From NCBI GenBank assembly GCA_038496445.1, contig JALMLS010000052.1, positions 62,001 through 126,000 of the forward strand: a stretch of 64,000 bases of DNA, in the 5' to 3' direction. Of the stretch, positions 45,600 to 57,483 are shown piece after piece. How positions within the stretch are numbered: the stretch's first letter is position 1; every line of letters begins with the position of its first letter. The notes beneath the pieces were generated by a model. That model ran no database searches. It saw only the letters and a list, made by a program, of their open reading frames with translations, and was not told where the DNA came from. Origin of the DNA: Trichosphaerium sp. ATCC 40318 (Eukaryota; Protista; Tubulinea). The position numbers were made by a program, and so were the translations under genes.

Positions 45600-46343
45600 G
45601 AAACTAGCTATAAATAAGTATGATGAGTTTGTAGTTATACAAACCAAGGTAGTATAACTATCTTTTTTAATAAAGAAACAGCTTCATAGCGATAAAAATC
45701 AAGTTTGGTTATCGACAGTAGCAAGATAATAGCTATTTGTTCAAGCTAGCACACTAAAGTAACTACGTATCGCACCGTAAGCACGTGATACAACATTGCT
45801 TTACCACTTTTAGCATTATTAGTACTTTTCATCTTGCTCTGTAGTTAGCGAAGGACTATCGCAGCGATGCGTTAAATAAGCACTCCCTCTATACTATCAC
45901 ATACATTAAATGAGCACGCTCTCTATTACAAATAAACAGAATCTGTATTTTCGAGCACACTTTATGGATAAATACTGAAAAAACGAATTCGCTTTAGAAC
46001 TCTGTATCCTTTATGATATTACACACGACAATCGCAATATGTATTTTCTTGTCCATCGTTGTTTCCAACGCTAGCTAGCGTTGTGAGATTGTGTTCATAT
46101 CGTTGCCCAAATGAAAATAGACTTTTATGTTCGTCGCCCTCGCTAGTCCTAGCGTAATATTACCATATTAACCTACAATATTGTACGAACCATTTTGCAG
46201 TTTATCTAGCGTGTACGTTTTCTACAAAGTATCTTTGTGTCCCGTGTAAAATATTACCAAATTTCTACTAAAATAACAGTGTACACAGACTATTTCCACA
46301 GCATTACGCAATACAACAGCTCTCTAAAGATAAAGGAATAGCC

Positions 46344-49300
46344 ATGAGACCAACGCTGGCACTAGCAGTGATACTAAGTGTTTGTGTATTTGCCACAAGC
46401 GCAAACTTGCTTTCAAACGGAGGTATGCATATTCCTATGCTAGTAAAATCGCTTTCACGTGCTTTTCTCTCTTTTTGAGTGTCGAATACGCTCGTTATTT
46501 TCGTACACTATATCGCTAGCACATAACAGCCGTAACTAGCTGTTTACGGCAAAGGGTTTCGGACACAACAAAACAACTAAAATTAAAAAAAAAAACTTTT
46601 TGCGTGCACATGTAGTGCCACTAAACAATTATCTACATAGGCTTCGAGTCAGGAAATACAAATGGATGGTCTTCCCTTGGATCACCAACATCAACTTTCA
46701 CTGCTGTCACAAACAGAAAATATTCTGGAGCTTACTCTGGTAAAAGCACAAGACCAAGGTAACCTTTGCACCAAAAGCTAAAACTGCCGGCAGTTAAACT
46801 TAAAAAACCTAAACCGGAAAAAGTTGTATCGTTTGGGTAAAACCCTAACATGTCGCTAGTGGTGCCGCTACATGGCATGGGCCATCGATGGACTTATTGG
46901 CAGTAGCCAATAGCCATAATACTGCTGCTAACGACGTTTTTGATTTCTCTGTTCGCGTTTTTTTAGAAGGTAGTGCTTCTCGATTCATTAAAGTCACTGT
47001 ATAGTACGTATTGCTTTTTTTGAACATGTTTACGCTATTGTTTAATAATTGTGCATGGTTTGTCTTGCGCTAGTTACGAAAAAATTTTAGCGTTTGAATC
47101 ACGTGATAAATTGTAAACTTGATTAAAATTCGCTTTTTTGGTTTCTAAAACCGTGCTTTAGTCGTAAACTTACAGATGGCACTCAATCTTGGGTTTCTGT
47201 CGATGAAGGAACAAAAGCAGGAAACCAATGGCATTTATTGTCAGGTAACGTTTTAAAACAAGCGTAAGTCAGTCACGTGACGTATTTAGGGTCATACACC
47301 ATTATTCAAAGGTCGCAAATTTCTGAACTTATGTTGTTTCTTGAGGGACCACCAGCAGGTATTTCTTTACCTAAATATAGTGTCGTTGCCAACTGTTTTA
47401 GGTGTGAACTTTTACATTGACGAAGCTACGCTTGTTATCCAAGGTAGAGGCCAACATGTGCCCGGTAGAGTAGAAGCTGAGTCATACAACGCGTACAGTG
47501 ACACTACGACTGGAAATTCAGGTTCGTGAAAGTTTTTTTTTTGTCGGTGGATTTGATACCCGCTTTGTACTAAAACTTTGCTTTAGGTGGTGCACTATGT
47601 GGTGCCTCACCAGGGGAGGACGTAGATATTCAATCTACATCGGACACTGGCGGCGGTTGCAATGTCGGTTGGACTTCAAACAATGAATGGCTTGAGTACA
47701 ACCTCTATTTCGTTCAAGATGGAACTTACACCATCAATGGTAAGCTAGGGGCTTCTGTAAGTTGTTCACTAAAATATTTGGATCATAGCTCGTGTTGCCG
47801 CATCAGGATCTGGTTACAAACAATTTGATCTCTTCCTTGATGGAGCTTGGCTTGGAAACACACCGTTCTCAGGAACAGGCGGTAACGTCTTTTCTTCGAA
47901 GATTACTGGCTAATAATGTTGTTGTTAATAGGTTGGCAATCCTGGACTACTATTACTGGTACAGTTGGATTCGTTTCTAAAGGCACCCACGTTCTTCGTT
48001 TAAGACACACTGTTGCCAGCTACAATTTGAATTGGATTTCGCTTCATGTCGGAGGAGGATCAACACCTCCACCTCCACCGCCTCCAACACCTGCCCCTAC
48101 AGCTGCCCCTCCACCTCCTACACCGGCGCCAATGGGCAGTACACCAACTCCGTCACCTTCCACAATCTCAGGAAATCAACCAGTACAAACACTGAGATTG
48201 ACTGATATGAATTTTGTCTCAACTACTGGATCAGCTTCTGAGACATCTAGCGGTGGAAATGACTTTATCTCTTTCTCAACAAATTCAAATCGAAACAGAG
48301 TATACTTTTGTCAGAAGGTAACCGAGTCAACAAAGCACGTGGTTCCACTTTTCTAATTGTTTTTTTTCTAGCATATCTCGTTCAAGGGATTTAACTTGCC
48401 AAGATCTGGTTTCGCTTTCAGAAAGGATCGTCAGTACAGACTACAATTCGATTGGCAACAAGCTTCAGGATCTTCAAGTGGCTCCAGCATCAATACCATT
48501 GGATTCTTCCTTCGTCATGCAAGTACTCAAGATGATATTTATGACACAAACTACATCAACTCTCCAGACGATTGGTTCATAAGAGGTACGATTACTTTTG
48601 GATGTTAAACGTAATACACATACTGACATATCTCTTACTTAGCTCTTCCTTCCATTTCTGGATCACACAATCACGGTGGGTTCCAAGCGAAGGAAATATC
48701 TTTCACATTACCTGAAGATACAGGTTTTATTTCTCTTTGTATGTATCTCAACTCTGGATCAAGCTCGACATCTGGATCAGTATTCAGAATGAGAAATCTA
48801 CGTATAAGAGTTCCTTCAGCACCCTTTGTTACAAGTTTGTTACCTGCATACACAACAATTGTTCAAAGAAAAATCGCGTACGAAAACAACTTACTTAAAA
48901 TACTAAATGATGTACATCTGCTTACTTTTCTTTCAATTAGTCCAAGTCCTCCAGCCTCAGAGTATTCGCAAAGCGGATGTCCGCACTGGGAGAGTAACCT
49001 CAGATTATGGCAAATAGGATCAACATGGGGAGGTTCAGTACCAAACCCTGGTAGCTCCATAACTCTTCCATCAAACACCAAGGCAAGTAGTTACTTCGTA
49101 ACTGTAAATCATTGTTTCTGACTTTCCTTCTAGGTTCTCGTTGATAGAAACTCCTTCAATGCTGGACAAACATATGAGTCTATTACAATCCCTGAAGGAA
49201 GTCAACTTATATTCAAAGACGAAGCAATCACACTTGATGTGAAAAAGATAATAGTCAACGGTCGCTTGAGAATAGGATCTCCAAGTTGTCGTCTTAACAA

Positions 49301-52300
49301 CAACATCCGTATTATCTTCCACGGTGCCAAACCAGGAAACTTCAATCCTTCAGTAATCACGTAAGGTATTTCTTCGTTAAACTTTTGTTCTCACGTGTTT
49401 TTTAGAAAGGGTATCGCTGTTTTCGGAAATGGAGAACTTGATATTCATGGTAAACGGTATTACCCTACCTGGACAAAACTTGGTCGTACAGGTACACTGG
49501 AACATCACCTTTTCTTCCTTCTGTTTTCTCTTTCTTTTATACTTGGTATGCAGCTTTACTTTGATACTCACGTTTGTTTAGTATTCCCTGGAGATGTTAA
49601 GATTCTTCTACAACAAAATGTTAACTGGGAAGTCGGTCAAGAAGTTGTATTTACAACATCAACATGGATTGATAATGTAAGATACCACGAGAACGAAGTT
49701 CGAACTATTGTTGCTGTAAGCAACAACAGAATTCAAGTTGATGCTCCATTGAAGTACTACCATTACGCAGGAAAAGAGTATCAAGCAGAGGTAAGATGAA
49801 CATGCTTCCTCAGAGTCAATCAAAATCTGATTTTTTTTTAAGGTTGGATTATTGTCAAGAAAGATTGTACTTGAGACACATCCTTTTGCTGATCCTGATA
49901 AATTCGGCGGTCATGTATTCATTACAAATGAAGGTCGTATTTCAGGTGTTCGCACAATCCGTCTTGGTCAATTGAACCACATTGCTCGTTACCCACTTCA
50001 CATGTAATGCTATATCAAAAGTTTTTCATTGTAGCTCAGTATTTCTTTAGGCACATGGCTGGTAACCCAACCAACAGTTACTTTTCTGATAACGCTATTA
50101 CATACTCTTATTTCAGATGTATTACCATTCATGGTACGCAATACATCAACGTAGTTCTTCAGCGTAGCTAACTCCTGTTGCAAAGGTACAAACAATGTTC
50201 TTGTTACTGAGAATGTTGCTTATGATACCCATGGACACTGTTACTATATTGAAGATGGTGTAGAAGAAGACAACACAATATCTTACAATTTAGGTGCATA
50301 CATACGCCTTATCAACCCACCAGTAAGTCACATAACTTTCTATCTTATTTTTTTTTGCCATCAAAGCCTAACCTTTTCTTTCTCAGGAAGATCAATACGG
50401 CAACTGGATTCTTGGCGCAGGTCAAGGTGGTACAACAGTCGATGGTGCCGCCAATCGTATTCAACCTGCTGATATCGTTGCTTCCGCATTTTACTTCTCA
50501 AACGCATGGAACACTATCATCGGTAACACCGCTAGCGGTGGTTTTGCCGGTTTCACTTTCCCTAATTTTGAAGCACCAATTGGAAATCATCGAAGTGTTA
50601 ACTTAAAACCAATGTCACGACCTCTTAAAGAATTTGACGGTAATGAATGTCACTCTTCTGGTATTTACTGGGATATGATCGGATGTATTTACGTTGGAGG
50701 TGACCTGAGCTACATTAACGGAGGAAATACTCTACGATACTTCACCGGAAGAAAGACCAGAGATTCAAGAAGAGACGGTGGCGGTGAGTGGGACTTTGTA
50801 CCTATGTACTTCAGAAACACACGTATTTGGGCTTCTAATATGGGTGTTAACCACTGGGGTAACAAACCAGAGGTCATCAACTACGAGGTTTACGATATCA
50901 GAAGATGTACGTTCCTTTTCTTAGTTTTTTCTTATATTAGCTTTGAAAACTCACATGTGACATTAGCTGCTACTCTATTTGGTCAAGGTCTTATCAACCA
51001 TGCTATTATTCAGCAATATACCGATAACATCAATGTTGCTGTTTACTGGAGATGGGGTGATACAAATGAAGGATTCCAATATTACGATACCTGGAGTATG
51101 GCCATGTTATTGGATTGTACAATGGTTAATTACGACGTTCATCCAAGGTACATATTTTCTTTGATTTTTGCAGTATTTTAACTTTATTCTTCTTTAGAAA
51201 CCCTGAAATCACTGGTTATGTTGTTGATACACTCACACATAGTGACTTTTTCACGCCTCAAGTACGTCATCAAGAAAAATCAGAAACTCTGTTCTGGCTT
51301 GTTTTAACTTTCGTGTTAGGGTATTATCGCTCAGTCTGATATGAAGTTCATAAACTCTCCTGTACAATACAGAATACACCCACGTGTCATGTACGAAAGA
51401 AACACAAACTCTTGGAGATACTGGAATCTCGTGGATTGGGACGGAAGTCTTATTGGAAACGGAAGGGCAAGCAACTTCAACAAATCTTTAACATTGTTTT
51501 GACTGACTTTCTCTGTAGAGAACTATTTGGGGTTCTGCTTCTGGTGAGACTAATGATTGGTGGAACTTTGGAGCAAACTGTAATTTCCATACAACGCTCA
51601 ACGCCTGGTATTGTGAAGACCAAAATGACGTAAGAAGAGTTGGTTGGCTTAATGTAGAATCTCCTGGAATTATGGATAATGATAACCCAGCAGTAGACGA
51701 GAGAGGAGAAGCAGGTAAACCATTTTGAAGAGAAAATGAAAGCGCAAACCAATTTGGAGTTTGGTGGATAGAGGGACTTACTCTTTCTTTTTCAATAGGC
51801 ACAACGTATCATATTGGTAAAGCTTCTTTGTTCGGATCTAAAATTAACTCAAAGAGAAGCGTTATTATCACACCTAACACAGGTTCGATTTTTTTCTTAC
51901 TTTTTTCCTTTTGGTTGCTTGTATCTTTCGTTTCTAACACGTGTTTAAAAAAGGTGTATGCGGACCTTTAGAGAAAGATATTGGTTGGCATTTCTGGTAT
52001 AAAGATGGTACACCAAAGAACCTAATAATAGATGGCCGTATTTGGTATCGATCAAATGAAGAAGGACTTGTTGTTGGATTCCATTACCCAACATCATCAA
52101 GCTTCAATGTTTATTGCAGAGAATGGGGACAAACCACATTTAACGGACGCCGTGTTAATAATCCTAGCCAGGTACTCATCGAAAAAGATGCTATCGAACG
52201 CGTCTAGATTCTCACCTTTTTTGTGTAGGTTTGGTCTTCTACTGATTCTTTGGCTTGGCACTGGAACAGTGGCACTGGTTTGCTTTTATTTAAATTCAGA

Positions 52301-52519
52301 GACGATACAAACTACCCTAATGAAAGCACTGTCTTCAGAAGAGGTCCTGAAAATGTAGAATTGCTCAAGTACGCCTTGCAGTGCTGGATTTACTTCACAA
52401 GCTCCTCCTTATACGTTACCTTTAGGCAAGCTTACAAATGGAAGTGCTACATTGATGCTACATGCCCAGGATCTGGAAATAGATGTTCACCTGTTGCAGA
52501 GCGTGTACCAGGATTTTAA
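46344..52519 (+). CDS. Secreted G8-domain/parallel beta-helix protein (comF/TMEM2-like) with N-terminal CBM4/9-like and CBM6 modules
   Basis: NLLSNG|GFESG; RVEAESY..VGWTSNNEWLEY; Pro linker; G8 WGGSVP..IIVNGRLRIGSP; PTWTKL, YQAE|VGLLSR, RYPLH, RCITIH|GT, GHCYYIEDGVEE. Confidence 0.88.
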
Positions 52520-52919
52520 AAGAACTTCATGTCACGTAGTCAAGTCAAAAAAAGTTTAATACATTAAAGTAACTATTAAGAAGAAAATTGTTTTAATAGC
52601 CTTTTTCAATTTAAGCATACGCAAAAACTCCAATAACACTTTTATTGTCGTATTGCCGGCGCAAGTTCTCATTTTGCGATGCCTAGCATATTCTCCGCTT
52701 GAGAAACAGCGGAATCTTTTACATACATGAGTATGCTATTAACATACCAGGTCGATTTTCCTGCGAGTACTTTGTTCGAAACATGCTATGAAACACTGTT
52801 ATACAATGGATGTGCAACTTGAAGCTCTAGTCAACTTTGGAGATGTATCTCCACAAATAACCGATTTTTTTTGTCAAGTTTATCTTCATTGTTTGTTTCA
52901 TACAAAAGCTGAATACAGG

Positions 52920-55306
52920 TCAGTTCTTCTTTATGATCATCTGTTTCCACACTTTCTCTGTGGTATTGAATGTGAGGATACAAGACTTATCTCCTTTACA
53001 AGTAACATAGAGCACGTCATCTACAGCAATATGAGACATGCAAGAAAACAGAAATACATTCATGTATTACCTTTAAAAGCCAAGCCACTTGGTTCTGTAA
53101 GACTCCTATCTGGTGGCCCAGGTACAGCATTGATAGTGCCAGAAACTAAGTCTATACATTTTACTTTGCCATTAAATGTATCAGCAACAAAAACAATTCC
53201 ATTTTCATCATCACATGACAACCCCATTGGATGTTGGAGTTTACTTTCAGCTAGGATAGTGATAAGTTAGTATGTTGATATAATGTGGCTAGTAATTAGC
53301 CAATAGATACGTTAGAGCTAACTATCATTGAAAAAAAACAAAGAGACGTTTCTCTTTTACCTAGGATTCCATCAACATCACCAAATGCGAATAAATTTCT
53401 CTGGTTTCCTTTATCCCCTCCTGCAATAGTTTCACATGTATCATTACCAAAATTAACAACCTAGCATGTTCAAGTTAACAACTTTAGTAAGGAAATAATG
53501 CTACCACATCTGGTTCCAACGCACACGTATTGAGCTTGACTCACTATCTGCAACATAAACACGTTTTTCTTTTTCAGATACTGTTAATCCACTCGGTTGT
53601 GCCCAATTAGATAATCGTATGTTTGCTCCATTTGTAGCAGCCTCAACACCCTTTTCGAAATAGTTAAGCAAAGAATACACGGTCGAAACCGAAAAAAGCG
53701 TACCGAGCCACTTATCTTCTTAGCCATACCATTGGCTGTGTCAAAAACCCACAATTGATGCACACCAGCCATAGCTATCAATAACAATACACCACTTTTA
53801 CTTATCCATTTAAAATCACGTGACATCACCTCTTCACAAATTATGGAACGTGGGAGCTCTACTATATCCCATGGAGATGCAATTGGTTGTTCTATACCAC
53901 TTGATCCTCCTCTCAAATCATTACCTCTCTTTCCAGTACCTAAAACAGTGCTAACCTTAAACGATTCCTGTTAACAACATAATAAGTATTGAAGATTTGC
54001 CTTCTTTGCGTTCATGTCAATACATCTTATCGCATGATTACCAGCATCGCAAACGAATATTTTATCTCCTACTACACAAACACCTTGTGGGTTACCAAAA
54101 GCGCAGTCCTTTTTAAATGTTAGTTACGATGGAGTCCAAGTTTCCGGACCTGAAAACTCCCGTCTTTGAAACCTTGATTACCTCCAATAATTTGACTAGT
54201 TTCTGATTGTATATCAACGACAATCACTCTGAAATTACCACTATCCGATACAACTAACATATTTTTGTCTTTACTAGCAATACATAATTTTCCTGGGTAT
54301 CGGAGCTTCAATATATCGTTCACTAAGTGCCAATGTAAGTGACAAAAATCAAATAAAAAAAAGAACCATTGTTTTCTACAACACATCCACTATCTGTGCA
54401 CCTGAAGAAAATAATTAAAATTATGTGTTTTAAGGCATATGTACCATCCACTATTAGTACTAGTACTGGACAATAAACGCTTGCAAGCTTCTGATCTAAC
54501 ATCGAAGGTTTGATCTAGTTTAAAATACACCAAGGCATTTCGAACAATATTTACCAAAAAATCTGGTCTCAGTTCACCAGGATACATGAACAGTATATCA
54601 CCACTATCACTTGGACTAAGGATAACTATTAAATAATAAGCACATATCTAAGCCTAAAACCAAGTATTTGATGGCGACCTAAGTAAAAAAGAAGAAAATA
54701 CTGTTTTTTTCAACAACCAAAAGTGCACCTGTTGTTGGCCAACACTTTACGTTCAAAGCATCCCAAAGGCTTCTTTCCCTATCATTTATTACGTAGTAAT
54801 TTATTCCATATTCTTTAACGAATTGCAAGACAGTAGAATCCATCTTCTCATGAGAAAACTTTGGAGAATGAACGCCAAAAACAACAACATCTTTGTTGCC
54901 TTCTAACGAAGAGAATACTTGCTTCCACGTGGGTATCATGTGCTAAAGTATGTTCAATACTGAATCTAGCTATTTTTAAGGTCGTACTAGGCAGTTAACG
55001 CAACATGACGACCAAAAGTCCAGTAGTACGAGTTTTCCTTTTAATGATTCGCATGGCTTGCTCACCCAGCCAAAAGAAGGCGATGACGATAACGGGAGAT
55101 CACTTTTAACGTTTGTTTGTTGTACACCGTTTACTTCTTCAAAATGACTTCGTATTAGGGTATCCGACGTATCTCTATACGCTGTGAGATGCTTTCAAGG
55201 AGTTTTAAACTACTTACGTGTCAAGCCTGTCTAATTTTGATAGCGAACGGCATAAAAACTGGCTACGAAGCGTAGAGAAACCGTTTTTGCCATTAAACCA
55301 ATCCAT
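52920..55306 (-). CDS. NHLRC2: NHL repeat-containing protein 2-like (thioredoxin-like + NHL beta-propeller)
   Basis: LLDFWSSCCVNC, GVHSPKF, CWPT, RYPGK, SPWD, IAMAGVHQLW, ADSESSSIR, LQHPMG. Confidence 0.9.
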
Positions 55307-55442
55307 GGTTTCTTGTTGTAAAGTTTTGTCCGTTTTGGATGAGATTAAGTTAGGTTTGTATGAGAAAGGCGTGTCAAAAGACTATCTCTGGCACTTGACT
55401 AGAAAACCAACGCTTTAGATGAAGGCCAAATAGATGCCGGAT

Positions 55443-56125
55443 ACCTACATTTTTGTTGGAAAAAATCGGGAATCAGTTACAATCACATGTATAGAAGACT
55501 GCGATGATATTGTTGATTCTGAATGTGGGAAAACAAATGTGTCTTTCTGCGCTTTGGGAAGCACTACAATGTTTTATTTAGATAGTACAGCTTCAGGAAT
55601 ATCACTTGACAGACGTATGTTTTCCAGGCTTATGTACTATTACCTGTTTGATGACACAATGTTAAAACTGACAGCAAGTTCACAATACAACAACAAAGAA
55701 CTTGTTTGCGAATGATCCTGACACTGGTGCTGTTGTTGGAGGGATTGTTGATAGTAGAGTAGTAGGTTGTATTGTTGGTGGTAGAGTTGGTGATGGTGGA
55801 TGCTCGAACAGTTCTCCAAAATCCAGACCTAAAGATTCCTGATTAGACAGGAATAAGTGTTAACAAATAAAACCTTAAACCATGAGATGCTATTTACGCA
55901 CATGAAAGATGTAGAGAGTACAAATATGGAAATGGTGAAGTCGATAATAACTGCTTTCTCGCCACAAAAGTAAAATGTAGTAGTACACGGATATAGAATG
56001 TACTTATGAACACGTGTTCTACACAAACCTCAACTGTTTAATTTGTTTGTAAACAGAAACCCAATTTCAAAAGAAAAGCACGTGCAGCATGTAGCAATAA
56101 CACTACCCATACCAACTTTGTTCTC
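55443..56125 (-). pseudogene. Probable decayed mucin-stalk membrane-protein gene
   Basis: Signal-like TKLVWVVLLLHAA with no in-frame ATG; PPSPTLPPTIQPTT stalk. STISSQSSIHVIVTDSR resembles SKRQASNTVVVTVTQDPR of the 20211 gene. Downstream frames hit stops. Confidence 0.35.
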
Positions 56126-56269
56126 TTTTAAATTTACTAGGAGTTTGTATATTTGAAAGGCCTTTTATTTAGCCAATGATCTTGGATTTTGACTTTGGTG
56201 TTCATCAAACGTTTTTGTATTCTTTGTACAATCAAAGGTTGTTCCCACTATCTATCTAAAACCACAAAC

Positions 56270-57170
56270 TCATTCGCACTCTTCACCATTACGGAAATTA
56301 CAGCGCTTCATCAATGACCCATCCTCATGCCACTGTTCATACTCTCCTTCTCGTTTTCCATTGATATAATGGCACTGCCTCTTCAATTGACCATTCTGAT
56401 GCCAGTGTTTGTACTCTCCTTCTAGTTTATCATTGATATAATAAGACTGCAGCATCAATTGGCCATTATAATGCCACCGTTTGTTCGCTCCTTCTTGTTT
56501 ATCATTGATATAGTTACACTGCCACTGCAATTGCCCGTTGTGATGCCAACGTTTGTACTCTCCTTCTCGTAAACCATTCGCATAACTGCTCTGCTCCATC
56601 AATTTCCCATTATCATACCAACGCTTGTACTCTCCTTCTTGTTTACCATCCACATAATTGCGCTGCTCAAACAATTGGCCATGGTTATGCCACCACTTGT
56701 TCTCTCCTTCTTGTTTATCATTGATATAGTTACACTGCCACTGCAATTGCCCGTTGTGATGCCAGTGTTTGTACTCTCCTTCTCGTTTACCATCCACATA
56801 ATTGCACTGCGCTTCCAAACGGCCATTCGTGTACCATCTCTTGTATTCTCCATTTTGCTTACCATGCAACCAATGCTCAGTCTAATATAGGAATAAACAA
56901 TGAAGAAAAAAAAAAGATGTCACTTTTTTTGGACAAATGCTAACATACCGCCATGTAGTAGAGAAATGTTTGTTTCCATTTTCCATGTTTTTTCAAGTCA
57001 CCATCAAACCTTGTCATCATTGCCGCCTGTTTCGAAAGAAGTGGCCAAATTAAATATGCTGATAGGTCTAAATCGATGATATCGAGTTGAATCTCAACTG
57101 GAAGTGCTAAAAGATGGCAATAATCTGATTCTACAGTAAATCTCTCTTTCCTGGCTGTTAGGTTCATCAT
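56270..57170 (-). CDS. F-box-like N-terminus + 8 MORN_2 repeats, 277 aa, 2 exons (57170-56949, 56881-56270); paralog of 1187-2156
   Basis: GTATGT..AG intron 56882-56948 keeps frame. LLALPVEIQ..WPLLSKQAA..RF..KHGKW aligns with LLWLPVELQ..WPVLCRKAA..RF..KHGKW. Confidence 0.85.
56273..56851 (-). repeat. Coding tandem array of 72-bp (24-aa) MORN_2 units
   Basis: Eight GEYKxWxxNGQLxxQxxYxxxKxE units; units 2 and 5 are nearly identical at DNA level. Confidence 0.9.
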
Positions 57171-57483
57171 TTTACTCTGTAAACTATGCGCTAGTATGTG
57201 GCACTGTATGTTGTTGAGAAGTGGCGACCTTGGAGTATAGTCAGCGTACAGTTAAATGATATTGAGTTCTCTGAACACGTATTATTAAATTGATGATTGT
57301 GCCATTACCGCAAGTTAAGATTCCGCAACACTGTCATATGTTTTGAAGAAAGGTAATGTTCGCTTGTTTACGATTACTTGGGGGTACTACGATACATTTA
57401 CCAAAATCAATTATGCCTTTTCAACTACACTAGTTTTGATGAATGGGTTTTATTGTTGAATGTGGGTTATCCCAGTTATGTAT

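Noticed and set aside
45944-45953. GTATCCTTT resembling a U12 donor
   Set aside because: Intergenic, with no exon context or U12 branch site.
52788-53270. 160-aa plus-strand ORF
   Set aside because: Antisense to the last NHLRC2 exons; no independent features.
56273-56851. Regular 72-bp repeats as a possible CRISPR array
   Set aside because: No repeat-spacer alternation; in-frame coding repeats in a spliced eukaryotic gene; no cas genes.
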